Assembly (NCBI GenBank): GCA_041736875.1
Contig: JBGSSV010000111.1
Location: 31 to 64,030, forward strand
Reading direction: 5' to 3'
From: Chthoniobacterales bacterium
Lineage (GTDB): Bacteria; Verrucomicrobiota; Verrucomicrobiia; Chthoniobacterales; JACTMZ01
Length of the DNA: 64,000 nucleotides
In this document: piece after piece, positions 53,252-63,383 of the stretch
How the letters are laid out: each line of letters starts with the position of its first letter
Position numbering within the stretch: the stretch's first letter is position 1
Notes under the pieces: model-generated
Databases searched by the model: none
The model's input: the letters and a program-made list of their open reading frames with translations, nothing else
What the model was told of the DNA's origin: nothing
Position numbers and translations under genes: made by a program

Positions 53252-54660
53252 CGCCCGAGGCGCGCGATCTCCTGGTCCAGATCTTGTATCTGGTGGCCAG
53301 CGTCCTCTTCATCTTTTCGCTCAAATGGATGAATTCGCCGCAGAGCGCGCGGCGCGGGGTTATGGCGGGCGTCTGGGCCATGGCGCTCGGGGTTGGGGGC
53401 ACGCTGGCCAATCCGGCGGTGGCCGTTTCCAGCCTTCCGTGGATCGCCCTCGCCGTGATGGTCGGAGGGCTCATCGGCTTCCCGCTTTCGAAGGTCCCGC
53501 TCACGGCGGTGCCGCAGCGAACCGCGCTCTCGCATGCCTTCGGCGGTTTGGCCGCGGGGTTGGTCGGCACGGCGAAATATTATCTCTGGTTGCATGAAGG
53601 CGGCGCGATGCTGACCGGCTTTCGCGTCTTTGCCATTTCGGCCGAAGTGATCCTCGGGTTCCTGACCTTCACCGGAAGCCTGATGGCGGCAGGCAAGTTG
53701 CAGGAAATCCTCCCCGGGCGCCCCATCACCTACCGTGGGCAGTTGGTCGTCAATTTTCTCACCTTGGGCGGGGCCATCGCCTGCGCGGTGGCGCTCATCA
53801 TCAATCCGCAACTGTCCTTCCTCTTCCCGATCCTCGTTGTTCTTTCGCTGGCCTTCGGCGTCATGCTCATCATCCCGATCGGCGGGGCTGACATGCCGAC
53901 AGTCATCGCCCTGCTCAATTCCTACGCGGGCCTCTCCGCCGTCGCCATGGGCTTCGTCCTCGACAACCGTTTGCTCATCATCGCCGGTGCGCTCGACGGA
54001 TCCTCCGGCCTGATTCTCTCCATCATCATGTGCAAGGCGATGAACCGGAGCTTCAGCAACGTGCTCTTCGGCGCCTTCGGCAGCGTGCAGGAGTCGGGCG
54101 TGGAGGGGGAAGGCAAGGCGGTCAAGAGCGCCACGCCCGCCGAGGCGGCCGAGTTGATGGAGCAGGCGGACACCGTGGTCATTGTCCCCGGCTACGGCAT
54201 GGCCGTGGCGCAGGCCCAGCACCGCGTGCGGGAGCTTTACGACCAACTGACCAAGCGCGGCATCACGGTCAAGTTCGCCATCCATCCGGTGGCCGGCCGC
54301 ATGCCCGGGCACATGAACGTGCTCCTGGCCGAGGCGGACATTCCCTACGACGACCTGATCGAGATGGAGGAGATCAACTCGGACATGTCGCAGGTGGATG
54401 TCGTTCTCGTCCTCGGGGCCAACGACGTGGTCAATCCCGCGGCCAAGAACAACCCGAAGTCGCCGATCCATGGCATGCCGATCATCGAGGCCGACCGCGC
54501 CCGCACCGTGTTGGCGGTCAAGCGCTCGATGAAGCCCGGATTCGCCGGCATCGACAACGAACTTTACACGATGGACAAGACGCTCATGGTCTTCGGCGAC
54601 GCCAAAGCGGTGGTCGGCGACATGGCCAAGGCCCTGGCCGGGGACTCAGGGGGTCACTGA
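53248..54660 (+). CDS. pntB: NAD(P) transhydrogenase beta subunit
   Basis: Membrane N-terminal half. The dIII domain reads VVIVPGYGMAVAQAQH...HPVAGRMPGHMNVLLAEA...GANDVVNP. Confidence 0.9.
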   Translation: MTPEARDLLVQILYLVASVLFIFSLKWMNSPQSARRGVMAGVWAMALGVGGTLANPAVAVSSLPWIALAVMVGGLIGFPLSKVPLTAVPQRTALSHAFGGLAAGLVGTAKYYLWLHEGGAMLTGFRVFAISAEVILGFLTFTGSLMAAGKLQEILPGRPITYRGQLVVNFLTLGGAIACAVALIINPQLSFLFPILVVLSLAFGVMLIIPIGGADMPTVIALLNSYAGLSAVAMGFVLDNRLLIIAGALDGSSGLILSIIMCKAMNRSFSNVLFGAFGSVQESGVEGEGKAVKSATPAEAAELMEQADTVVIVPGYGMAVAQAQHRVRELYDQLTKRGITVKFAIHPVAGRMPGHMNVLLAEADIPYDDLIEMEEINSDMSQVDVVLVLGANDVVNPAAKNNPKSPIHGMPIIEADRARTVLAVKRSMKPGFAGIDNELYTMDKTLMVFGDAKAVVGDMAKALAGDSGGH

Positions 54661-55139
54661 ACCGCGGCCGGAGCGAGGGCGTAGGGCAGGGGGCTGCCGC
54701 ACGAGCGCATCTTTGCCATGGTGCTGCGGACGGTGTCAGCCAGCGTGTGGCGGTCGAGGATGTTGGCGATGGAGTTTCGGACCTCGAGCATGAGCGTGCG
54801 GAGCCCGCAGGTCGCCTCGTCCGGACAGGAGCATTTTTCGTATTGGCTCTGGCTGACGCAGCGGATCGGCGCCAGCGGGCCGTCGATCAGGCGCACAACT
54901 TGGCCGATGGAAATGCTGTCCATCGGCATGCTGAGGAAGTATCCGCCATATTTGCCGCGTTTCGTGCCGATGTAGCCGGCTTGGCGGAGTTGCATGAGGA
55001 TCTGGTCGAGAAACCCCTTGGGCAGATTTTCGCGGGCGACGATTTCCTGGGCGCGGAGCAAGGGCCGGCCGAGTTCCTGCGCGATGCCGAGATCGATGAG
55101 CGCGCGCAGGGCGTATTCGCCGCGTTTGGAGACCTTCAT
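54654..55139 (-). CDS. Rrf2-family transcriptional regulator (Cys-containing, IscR/NsrR-like)
   Basis: Reads [18 protein letters not shown]...[26 protein letters not shown] and has the Cys cluster [21 protein letters not shown] 55139 (M59). There is a 7-nt convergent overlap with pntB. Confidence 0.85.
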   Translation of the reverse strand: MKVSKRGEYALRALIDLGIAQELGRPLLRAQEIVARENLPKGFLDQILMQLRQAGYIGTKRGKYGGYFLSMPMDSISIGQVVRLIDGPLAPIRCVSQSQYEKCSCPDEATCGLRTLMLEVRNSIANILDRHTLADTVRSTMAKMRSCGSPLPYALAPAAVQ

Positions 55140-55159
55140 GGGAGGAAATAATAAAGCCT

Positions 55160-55198
55160 GCCCCGTGGCGGGCAAGCCCCGCCGCATTGCCACGGGGC
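55160..55198. repeat. 10-bp perfect inverted repeat in the rrf2-argG divergent region
   Basis: gccccgtggc (55160-55169) pairs with gccacggggc (55189-55198), separated by a 19-nt spacer. Confidence 0.85.
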
Positions 55199-55210
55199 GG
55201 CGGGCACGGT

Positions 55211-56500
55211 ATGAGAACATCCGTGAAAATTGTCTGCGCTTATTCGGGCGGCCTCGACACCTCGGTGCTGCTGCAATGGTTGAAGGAAACCTACGGGGCC
55301 GAAGTGGTCGCATTCTGCGCCAACATCGGCCAGGAGGAAGAACTGGACGGCCTCGAGGCCAAGGCGCTGGGCACCGGCGCGGCCAAATGCTTCGTTGACG
55401 ACCTGCAGGAGGAGTTCGCGCGGGATTTCATCTTCCCCATGTTCCGCGCCGGCGCGCTTTACGAGGGGCAGTATTTTCTCGGCACGAGCATCGCGCGTCC
55501 GCTCATCGCCAAGCGCATGGTCGAGATCGCGCGGGCTGAAGGTGCTGCCGCCGTGGCGCACGGCGCGACCGGCAAGGGCAATGACCAGGTGCGCTTCGAG
55601 TTGGCCGCGGCCGCGCTCGCCCCGGAATTGGAGGTCATCGCCCCGTGGCGGCAGGAGCGTTTCCGCGAAAAATTCCCCGGCCGGGCCGAAATGATCGCCT
55701 ACGCCGAGGCCCACGACATCCCCGTGCCAGTCACGGCGAAAAAGTCCTATTCGATGGACCGCAATCTCCTGCACATCAGCTACGAGAGCGGCATCCTCGA
55801 GGACCCGTGGTTCGACGCGAGCGACGAGGAGAACAAGGACATGTTCCGCCTCAGCGTCTCGCCGGAGGACGCGCCGGATGAAGCCGAGCATGTCGAGCTG
55901 CGTTTCGAGCGCGGCGATTGCACCGGCATCGCCTGCCGCGGGCTCGGGGAAATGCTGGCCGCCATGGGCTACGACGGTTCCCAAGACCAGCAGTTGAGCC
56001 CGTTCTGGGTCATGAAGGTGCTGAACAAGCTCGGTGGCAAACACGGCATTGGCCGCGTGGACATGGTCGAGAACCGCTTCGTCGGGATGAAAAGCCGCGG
56101 GGTTTACGAGACGCCGGGCGGGGCCATTCTGCACTTCGCCCACCGGCAGATGGAATCGCTCACGATGGACCGCGAGGTCATGCATCTGCGCGATTCGCTT
56201 ATTCCGCGCTACAGCACGCTGGTTTACAACGGATTCTGGTTCGCCCCAGAGCGTGAATCCCTCCAGGCTCTCGTCGAGGAAACGCAAAAGAATGTGACCG
56301 GCGAGGTGCGGGTTAAACTTTACAAGGGTAACGTCATCGCCGCCGGACGCCGCAGTCCCGTCAGTCTCTACAATCCGCACATCGCCACGATGGAGGCCGA
56401 CCCGACGCAGGCCTACAATCAGTCGGATGCCACCGGTTTCATCCGCTTGAACGCCCTGCGCCTCAAGGTGGCGGCGGCCGTCGGCGGCGGGCTCAAGTAA
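55211..56500 (+). CDS. argG: argininosuccinate synthase
   Basis: Reads [17 protein letters not shown] and [16 protein letters not shown] 55211 (M9). Confidence 0.95.
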   Translation: MRTSVKIVCAYSGGLDTSVLLQWLKETYGAEVVAFCANIGQEEELDGLEAKALGTGAAKCFVDDLQEEFARDFIFPMFRAGALYEGQYFLGTSIARPLIAKRMVEIARAEGAAAVAHGATGKGNDQVRFELAAAALAPELEVIAPWRQERFREKFPGRAEMIAYAEAHDIPVPVTAKKSYSMDRNLLHISYESGILEDPWFDASDEENKDMFRLSVSPEDAPDEAEHVELRFERGDCTGIACRGLGEMLAAMGYDGSQDQQLSPFWVMKVLNKLGGKHGIGRVDMVENRFVGMKSRGVYETPGGAILHFAHRQMESLTMDREVMHLRDSLIPRYSTLVYNGFWFAPERESLQALVEETQKNVTGEVRVKLYKGNVIAAGRRSPVSLYNPHIATMEADPTQAYNQSDATGFIRLNALRLKVAAAVGGGLK

Positions 56501-57017
56501 AGTTCGCCAGGAGCAGCAGGAGCCCCACGGTCAGCCCGATAGCGACCAAAACGAAGGCGAAAACGACCCAGGAACCACGATACCCACCGCCGGGGGGCTT
56601 GGGTGGTTTGGATGGCTTGGATGGACGGCCGGCTGGGGATTTTTTGCGCGTCGCCCGCGATGGCTCGGTTTGCGCCGGCAAAGGTTCCGGATTCGATTCC
56701 TGCCTGACGCCCGAGGGATGCGGCACCTCGGGTCGGTGCGACATTTCGCCGGCCAAGGCCGAAAATTCGGAGAGCGGACTCCATTCATCGCGGCCTTCAA
56801 ACCAGAAAATCGTGGCCGGCTCGTAAAACGAGGCACGCAAACCGGCCATGACCTCCTCAACCGTGGCCGGCCCGTAAACCTCGCCGCCCCACGAGAGGTA
56901 AATCTTCGGCACGCCCGGTCGCCCTCGCGCCGGATTGCCGTCGGCCTTGGGCAGGAGGAAATCCGGCGGACGTAAAGTGGTCGCGGTCGGCGGCGGGCTG
57001 GCGGTTTCCTCATTCAT
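56493..57017 (-). CDS. GYF_2-like domain protein with Pro/Lys-rich linker and C-terminal TM anchor
   Basis: Reads [47 protein letters not shown] and [24 protein letters not shown] 57017 (M74). Confidence 0.5.
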   Translation of the reverse strand: MNEETASPPPTATTLRPPDFLLPKADGNPARGRPGVPKIYLSWGGEVYGPATVEEVMAGLRASFYEPATIFWFEGRDEWSPLSEFSALAGEMSHRPEVPHPSGVRQESNPEPLPAQTEPSRATRKKSPAGRPSKPSKPPKPPGGGYRGSWVVFAFVLVAIGLTVGLLLLLANFT

Positions 57018-57033
57018 GATCAAGGTCGGCGGC

Positions 57034-57555
57034 TCAGGAGGTCGGCTTGGCGCGAGGCGGGGTCGGGCGCAGGCGGCTGATGTCGTAGCCTTGTGCGGCC
57101 AAGCGGGCCCGGATGGGGCCGAGGATGGCGGGGTCGAGTTGCGGCTTGCGGGCGAGGATCCACAGGTATTTTCGGTCAGGGTGGCCGACCGCGGCCCATT
57201 GGTAGTCGCGGTCAAGGTCGAGTATCCAATAATCACCCTCGAGGGGCCAGAAGAAGCGCACTTTGAGCTTGGCGTTGTTGCTTCCCGGCACGGGTCGCGC
57301 GGTGCCCTCGATCGACGCCATGCGGCCGTTGCGTTCGCAGGAGTTGAGCACGCGAATGCTGCCGTCCGCCCGCGGTTCGTAGAGCGCGCGAGTGCCTGTG
57401 CAGCCGCGCTGGAAGAAGGCGGGAAAGGCCTCGATCTCGTGCCACTCCCCGGCGTAACGCGAGAGATCGACCGTGGCGACCGTGGTGGGCGGCGGCAAAG
57501 TGGCGCAGCCGGTCAGGAAAGCCGCGCCGATGGGGAGAAAACGAAAGAGCCGCAT
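57034..57555 (-). CDS. blc: bacterial lipocalin (Blc-type outer-membrane lipoprotein)
   Basis: MRLFRFLPIGAAFLTGC carries a lipobox. Reads VDLSRYAGEWHEIEAFPAFFQRGC and DYWILDLDRDYQWAAVGHPDRKYLWILAR. Confidence 0.8.
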   Translation of the reverse strand: MRLFRFLPIGAAFLTGCATLPPPTTVATVDLSRYAGEWHEIEAFPAFFQRGCTGTRALYEPRADGSIRVLNSCERNGRMASIEGTARPVPGSNNAKLKVRFFWPLEGDYWILDLDRDYQWAAVGHPDRKYLWILARKPQLDPAILGPIRARLAAQGYDISRLRPTPPRAKPTS

Positions 57556-57607
57556 CAACCCAACATGCCCGACAGGCTTTGCCCTTGGCCAGTGGAAAGC
57601 CCGCGGC

Positions 57608-59899
57608 TCACTCGGGTGGGTGATTGATTTTCCATCGGAGATAGAGCACGCACCCGAGCAGGGCGAGCAGGAAGCCGAGTAGCCATTGGTTCCACGGGAA
57701 AGGTGGCGACGGCTTGGTCTCGACGGCAAACACGCCGGTCGGTGGATGGTTGGTCGCCTCGCCGGAGGGAACCAAGCGCCAATAGGTGCGGCTCCCGGCC
57801 AGGAGGTCCTCAATTTGCGCGCGGATCAAATCAAGTTCGCGCTCACCGGACTTGACCTGAGCCTGGCCGAGGACCTTGGTTCCTTCGCTCACGTGCGCAA
57901 TCGGCGCAAAGCTGGGCTGGCGGGCCGGCCCGGCGCTCGGGCCGAGCGGAATGGTCATGGCCCCGCGTTCGAGGCGGTAGGCTTTGACCGCGCTGTTCTG
58001 CGGAACGCCAATGATAAGCGAGGCCCCGTGCTGCCCGGCGTTGATCACGGACGCAACGATTTCGGTCGTGGGCGTCGCTTCGACCGGTTCCGTGGTGGAA
58101 GGCTCCGGAGGCTCGGCCTCCCGAGGATCGGGCTCGGTCGCGGTTGCAACGGTGAGTGCTTCCCCGCTCAGGATGAAATCACCGCTGACGTTTTCGTGTC
58201 CGGCCCCGCCGTCCGGCACGGCGACCATCCGCCAGACCGCGGCTGCATCGCCCTCGGCCAGATCGGCGCCTCCGCGTGGTTCCTCCGCCGGTTGCATCCC
58301 GGACACCTCCTCGCGTTTGATCGGCGTGGTGAGGAGATCTTTGATTGCTTTCGGCCACGCGAGCAGCGACGCGATGAAGCCCGGCGGGGGCGGATAGTTT
58401 TCCCACTCCCCCATGGCCTCGTTCTTTCGCTGCAAAATGTAGCTGCTCCATCCGGTCCGCTCGGTCCACTCCAGCCGCGTGGCGCCGTTGGTGCGGACCA
58501 GCGTGATTTCCGCATTCAAGCCGAGCGGTCGCGGGGGCGGAGTCGGAGCTGGCAGACTGGGCGCAATCACCGGGCGATTGGTCGTGGTCACCGCTGCGGG
58601 CGCAGACTCCGCTGCAGCGGTCGCACGGATTGGCACGGTGATTTGCGTGCCGTTGAAGTCGATGAGAAGGTCCGCCGGCAGATCGGCCGGTCCGCTCTCG
58701 TCCTTCCTCAAACGGAGCTTCAGGCCGATGGTCTTGGTCTCGCCCGGCTCCACGTCGAAGGCTTCCGCTTTTTCCGCCGAGCGGATCATCGGGCCGGGGC
58801 GCAGGCGCAGATGCCCGGCGGCGCCGCCGTCGTTGCGCACCGAAAGCTCGGCGTCATAGTTGAAGCCGGGCTTGACCTCCCCGAAGTCCGGGGCGGCGAC
58901 GATCTCGAGTCGCGGCGGCACCGGCGGGGCCGAAAACGTCCGGGTGTTCGTGTTGTTCGGTGTGCTGAAGACAACCGGAAAGGCCGGCACTTCGCCCTTG
59001 GTTTGCGCCGGGATCGAAAACTCCACGGGCACGGATTCGCCCGGTGGAATGTTCACCTCGCCGGGCGCCTCGACCGGCGAGCCGGGGGGCAGGACGATGC
59101 GAACGAGATTGTTGGTCGCCGCGCGGTTGGCCACGCGCATCGACAGGCGCCGGGTGTCGTCCGGCTGCACGGCCAGCACCGGCGCATCGAGGGTGATTTC
59201 GATCGGCGCGATGGCGCGGCCGCGAAACTCCACGACCGACGGATCCTGCGGGGAGAGCGAAACCCGGTGGAGGAAGTCCCCCGTCGTCGACGGCGCGAAG
59301 GAGATGGCGAAGTCGGCGCTGCGGGCGCGGCGGAGGCGGAAAGAACCGTCGGTCTCGACCACAAACGGTTCGGGCACCTTGATGTCGCCCTCAAGCATGC
59401 CGCCGCCGAGGTTGGCCACCTGGAGCGACTGGATGGGCGTTTCCCCCAGAACGACCTCGCCGAAATCCACCACCCTCGGCGCCGCGAGAACGGGGGGCGC
59501 ATCCACGATCTTGATTGTGATCGTGGCCCGCCCGGTCCCGCCGCTGCCGGCCTTGACCGTGTAGACGAAGCTGTCGCTCAGCGAATCTTCATCATCCCCG
59601 TGCGTGTAACGCACGGTGGCGCGGCCCCGGGATTCGAGCGAGATCCCGCCCAGCTTCCCCCAGCGGGGTGAGCGTCCGATGCTGAATTGCAGATCGCGCA
59701 AGGCCCGGTCGGAGCCCGTGAGTGGAATGGTCACGCTGCCCCCGCGCGCCACTTCGACCGTGAGAGGTTTGCCCTGCGGCGGTGGACGAAGCTGCGCCAG
59801 GGCTTCCGGAAGGCCCAACCCGAGGGCCAGCAGGGCGAGACCAGTCGGCAGAAAGCTCGCGCGTATCTTCATCAGCTGGGCCAGCAGACCAAATGGCAT
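57608..59899 (-). CDS. large secreted/anchored protein with Ig-like (ASH/choice-of-anchor-D-like) domains
   Basis: Has a signal peptide. Reads VVDFGEVVLGETPIQSLQVANLGGGMLEGDIKVPEPFVV...FAISFAPSTTGDF. C-terminal TM helix WLLGFLLALLGCVLYL. Alternative start at ATG 59872. Confidence 0.55.
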   Translation of the reverse strand: MPFGLLAQLMKIRASFLPTGLALLALGLGLPEALAQLRPPPQGKPLTVEVARGGSVTIPLTGSDRALRDLQFSIGRSPRWGKLGGISLESRGRATVRYTHGDDEDSLSDSFVYTVKAGSGGTGRATITIKIVDAPPVLAAPRVVDFGEVVLGETPIQSLQVANLGGGMLEGDIKVPEPFVVETDGSFRLRRARSADFAISFAPSTTGDFLHRVSLSPQDPSVVEFRGRAIAPIEITLDAPVLAVQPDDTRRLSMRVANRAATNNLVRIVLPPGSPVEAPGEVNIPPGESVPVEFSIPAQTKGEVPAFPVVFSTPNNTNTRTFSAPPVPPRLEIVAAPDFGEVKPGFNYDAELSVRNDGGAAGHLRLRPGPMIRSAEKAEAFDVEPGETKTIGLKLRLRKDESGPADLPADLLIDFNGTQITVPIRATAAAESAPAAVTTTNRPVIAPSLPAPTPPPRPLGLNAEITLVRTNGATRLEWTERTGWSSYILQRKNEAMGEWENYPPPPGFIASLLAWPKAIKDLLTTPIKREEVSGMQPAEEPRGGADLAEGDAAAVWRMVAVPDGGAGHENVSGDFILSGEALTVATATEPDPREAEPPEPSTTEPVEATPTTEIVASVINAGQHGASLIIGVPQNSAVKAYRLERGAMTIPLGPSAGPARQPSFAPIAHVSEGTKVLGQAQVKSGERELDLIRAQIEDLLAGSRTYWRLVPSGEATNHPPTGVFAVETKPSPPFPWNQWLLGFLLALLGCVLYLRWKINHPPE

Positions 59900-59946
59900 T
59901 GAAAATGGCGAGTGGAACCCTAACTTGAAGTCTGGTTGTCACCGCT

Positions 59947-60516
59947 ATGCTCCGCCTGCTTTTCCTCTGCCTCCTCGTGACGGCGCTGCCGGCGCTGGCC
60001 GAGGAGGCTGCGCCGAAAAACCCGGCCGAGCTTCTCGCCGTCCAAGACCCTCCTAAAGTCGTGCCTCGCGTGCTCGACCTGGCCACGCCCGACAACACCC
60101 GGCTCGTTATCTCCCTCGGCCGTCAGCGCGCGGTGCTCTTCGTCGGGGACGAGGCGGCCATCGACACGCCGGTTTCCACCGGCAAACGTCGCGCGCCCAC
60201 ACCGCCGGGCCAGTTCGCCGTGGCCGAAAAGATCATCGAGCAGTCCTCCAGCCGCCACGGCGAGTTCGTCGACGCGGCCGGCACCATCGTGCGTTCGGGA
60301 GTTAGCACGCGGATCGACGCCGCGCCGAGCGGAACGACATTTCGCCCGGTCCCCGTCCGCTATTTCCTGCGCTTGAACGCTGAGGGCATGGCCATCCATG
60401 CCGGCCGTCTGCCGGGCTATCCGGCGGCCGACACTGCCGTGCGGTTGCCCGCGGATATCGCGCCGTTGATCTACCAGCGGGTCAAGCCGGGCACGCTCGT
60501 GCTCATCGAGGAATAG
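59947..60516 (+). CDS. YkuD (L,D-transpeptidase) fold protein lacking the catalytic Cys
   Basis: Has a signal peptide. Reads LVISLGRQRAVLFVGDEAAIDTPVSTGKRRAPTPPGQF and MAIHAGRLPGYPAADTAVRLPADIAPLIYQRVKPGTLVLI. The canonical SHGC(I/V)R motif is replaced by ADTAVR. Confidence 0.7.
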   Translation: MLRLLFLCLLVTALPALAEEAAPKNPAELLAVQDPPKVVPRVLDLATPDNTRLVISLGRQRAVLFVGDEAAIDTPVSTGKRRAPTPPGQFAVAEKIIEQSSSRHGEFVDAAGTIVRSGVSTRIDAAPSGTTFRPVPVRYFLRLNAEGMAIHAGRLPGYPAADTAVRLPADIAPLIYQRVKPGTLVLIEE

Positions 60517-60538
60517 AGCCGCCCCGGTCCGCGCCGGG

Positions 60539-61948
60539 TCACATTTCCTCGAGCGATTTGCCCTTGGTCTCGCGGACGAGCAGAAGGACGAAGACGATCG
60601 AGGCGGCGGCGAAGAACGTGTAAAGTCCGTAGGCTCCGCCCAGTCCGAAGGCGCCGAGCAGGAGCGGGAAGGTCATGGTGATCGCGAAGTTGGCCATCCA
60701 TTGCACGAACCCGCTGATCGAGAGCGCGGCCCCGCGGAACTGGTTGGAGAACATCTCGCCCAGCATGACCCACATGACCGGGCCCCAGGAGACGCCGAAG
60801 CAGAAGATGTAGGCGTTGGCGGCCAGGAGGGCGATCGGTCCCTGGCGGTCACCCAACTGAAGACGCCCCGACGGGTCGAGCCCGGCCGTGGCGAACAGCA
60901 CCGCGAGCACCCCGAGGGTCAGGGCCATGCCGACGGAACCGAAGATCAGCAACGGTTTGCGCCCGATGCGGTCGACGAAGGCCATGGCCACGAAGGTTGA
61001 GCCGATGTTGACGGCGCCGCTGATCACGTTGATGAGCAGGGCATCCGCCTCGGAGAATCCCGCCGCCTGCCAGAGCACCGCGCCGTAGTAGAAGACAACG
61101 TTGATGCCGACGAGTTGCTGGAAGGCCGCCAGGCCGATGCCGACCCAAAGAATCGGGCGGATCCGGTGCGTGGTTTTGTCATAGAGGTCGCTCATGCGGG
61201 GCTTGTCCCCGGAGCGAAGGGTTTGCCGGATCTCGGCCACCTTTTCCGCCGCGTCCTCCGGATGCCCCAGCCGGGCCAGTACGCGCGTCGCGGCGTCGTC
61301 CCGTCCGGCCGCCACGAGATAGCGCGGCGACTCGGGGATGAAGATCAGGGCGAAAAGAAAAATGAGCGACGGCACCAGCTCGGCCCAGAACATCCATTGC
61401 CACGCCTGAAAGCCGAACCAGAACTCCTGCGAGGCGCCGCCAGCCGCCCGCGCGATCAGGTAGTTGCTGAGGAAAGCCATGAACAGGCCCAGCACGATGG
61501 CCAGTTGTTGCAGCGAAGCCAGCCGTCCGCGCAGGGCGGCGGGGGCGACCTCGCTGATGTAGGCCGGACACAGCACGCTGGCCGCGCCCACGGCGAATCC
61601 GCCCAGCAGGCGGTAGAAGATGAACTCCCCCGAGCTGTGCGCGATTCCCGAGCCCCATGCGCTGAGGGTGAAGAGGACGGCGGTGATGAGCATGACGACC
61701 CGCCGCCCGAGCTTGTCGGCCAGCGTGCCCGCGGCGAAGGCCCCGGCCGCGCAGCCCAGCAGCATCGAGGCGACGTTGAAGCCCGACCCGAGGTTCGAGG
61801 CGTTGAACGACTTCTGCAGTGCCTCGACCGTGCCGTTGATCACGCCGCTGTCGAAGCCGAAGAGGAACCCGCCGATGGCGGCCACGGCGGAGATGAGAAT
61901 GATGTGCCCGAGGTGGGTGGACGAATCCTGATGGGGGGGGGTGTTCAT
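60539..61948 (-). CDS. MFS sugar porter
   Basis: Reads GGFLFGFDSGVINGTV, PESPRYL and a 12-TM profile. ATG 61948 (M56). Confidence 0.85.
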   Translation of the reverse strand: MNTPPHQDSSTHLGHIILISAVAAIGGFLFGFDSGVINGTVEALQKSFNASNLGSGFNVASMLLGCAAGAFAAGTLADKLGRRVVMLITAVLFTLSAWGSGIAHSSGEFIFYRLLGGFAVGAASVLCPAYISEVAPAALRGRLASLQQLAIVLGLFMAFLSNYLIARAAGGASQEFWFGFQAWQWMFWAELVPSLIFLFALIFIPESPRYLVAAGRDDAATRVLARLGHPEDAAEKVAEIRQTLRSGDKPRMSDLYDKTTHRIRPILWVGIGLAAFQQLVGINVVFYYGAVLWQAAGFSEADALLINVISGAVNIGSTFVAMAFVDRIGRKPLLIFGSVGMALTLGVLAVLFATAGLDPSGRLQLGDRQGPIALLAANAYIFCFGVSWGPVMWVMLGEMFSNQFRGAALSISGFVQWMANFAITMTFPLLLGAFGLGGAYGLYTFFAAASIVFVLLLVRETKGKSLEEM

Positions 61949-61958
61949 AAAGTGGGAA

Positions 61959-63272
61959 CTAGATCCAAGTGTCGTCCGGGACGATCGCGTTTTTCGGAAT
62001 GATGACGATGCCATCGCGGACAAAGTAATTCTCTCCGTCGTGGTTGGCCGGTTTGCCTTCCGGGCTGATGACCACGCGCTCGCCGATGCGGGCGTTTTTA
62101 TCCACGATCGCATCCTTGATCGTCGTGTTGCGTCCGATGCCGATCGGCGGGACGCCGGCCGGGGCTGTCTGGTCGGAGTCGTAATGGTCGGCGCCCATCA
62201 TGACCACGTTGTGCAGCACAGCTCCGGTCTCGATGATGCTGCGGATGCCGACCACGCAGCGCTCGAGGGTGGCCTCGGTGATGATGCAACCATCGGAGAC
62301 GACCGCGCGCTTCATCGTGGCGCTGTTGATTTTGCTCGCCGGGAGGAAGCGCGGCCGGGCGTAGACCGTGGCCCCGGCGCGGTAGAAGCTGAAGGGCGGC
62401 TCGATCTCGGCCAGAGCCAGATTGGCTTCGAAGAACGAGCGGATCGTTCCGATGTCCTCCCAGTAGCCTTGGAAAACGTGCGCCTGCACGCGGCTGTGTT
62501 CGATCGCCGTGGGAATGATGTGCTTGCCGAAATCCTCGAAGTCGTTGTCGAGGCAGCGCACGAGCACGTCGCGGTCGAAGAGGTAGATGCCCATCGAGGC
62601 CTGATAGCGCTCGAGTTCGGTGGCAAGGCCGAGTTCGCCCAGCACGGATCCGGGAATGCGCAGGCTGGCCAGCACCTTGGGCTCCTTCGGCTTTTCGACG
62701 AAGCGGGTGATGCGGCGCTGCGCATCGGTCTGCATGATGCCGAAGCCCTCCGCGTCGTGCCGGCTGACCGGCAGCGTGGCGATGGTCAGATCCGCCCCCG
62801 AAGCGGTGTGCGCGGCCATCAGCTCGCGATAGTCCATCTGGTAAAGCTGGTCGCCGCTGAGGATGAGAAAATGCTGCCAGGGCCGCTCGAGGAAATAGCG
62901 CAGGTTCTGCCGCACTGCGTCCGCTGTTCCCTGATACCAGCCCGAGCCGGTCGGGGTTTGCTGCGCCGCGAGGATCTCCACGAAGCTGCCCGGGCTGAAG
63001 ATGTCGAACTTGTAGGTCGCGCTGATGTGCTGGTGCAGCGAGGCGCTGTTGAACTGCGTCAGCACGTAAATGCCTCGCATCCCCGCGTTGAGGCAGTTGC
63101 TGATCGGGATGTCGACCAGCCGGTATTTTCCCCCGAGCGGCACCGCGGGCTTGGAGCGGTCCTGGGTCAACGGGAACAGCCGCTTGCCCGCGCCGCCTCC
63201 CATGATGATGCCCAGAGTCTGGGTCAGATCCGCGCTGGCTTGGGCGATGGCAGGGAGAGGCATGGTGACCAT
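61959..63272 (-). CDS. glgC: glucose-1-phosphate adenylyltransferase
   Basis: Reads LGIIMGGGAGKRLFPLTQDRSKPAVPLGGKYRLVDIPISNCLNAG, followed by a C-terminal left-handed beta-helix. ATG 63272 (or 63263). Confidence 0.9.
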   Translation of the reverse strand: MVTMPLPAIAQASADLTQTLGIIMGGGAGKRLFPLTQDRSKPAVPLGGKYRLVDIPISNCLNAGMRGIYVLTQFNSASLHQHISATYKFDIFSPGSFVEILAAQQTPTGSGWYQGTADAVRQNLRYFLERPWQHFLILSGDQLYQMDYRELMAAHTASGADLTIATLPVSRHDAEGFGIMQTDAQRRITRFVEKPKEPKVLASLRIPGSVLGELGLATELERYQASMGIYLFDRDVLVRCLDNDFEDFGKHIIPTAIEHSRVQAHVFQGYWEDIGTIRSFFEANLALAEIEPPFSFYRAGATVYARPRFLPASKINSATMKRAVVSDGCIITEATLERCVVGIRSIIETGAVLHNVVMMGADHYDSDQTAPAGVPPIGIGRNTTIKDAIVDKNARIGERVVISPEGKPANHDGENYFVRDGIVIIPKNAIVPDDTWI

Positions 63273-63383
63273 TGAGGTCGCGCAAACGCGCAGTGATGTC
63301 ACGGCCATTTTTCGCCCCGTCGCGTTGGCGGGCGAAGAGGGGTTGCCAGCCTGCCCGCCAGCGGGCATGCTGCCTCCCCATTT

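Noticed and set aside
63273-63383. Possible glmS ribozyme or leader upstream of glmS.
   Set aside because: The region is only about 110 nt and is shared with the divergent glgC promoter. I cannot recognise the conserved glmS ribozyme core by eye, and that ribozyme is mainly known from Gram-positive lineages. An Infernal/Rfam scan would be needed to revisit this.
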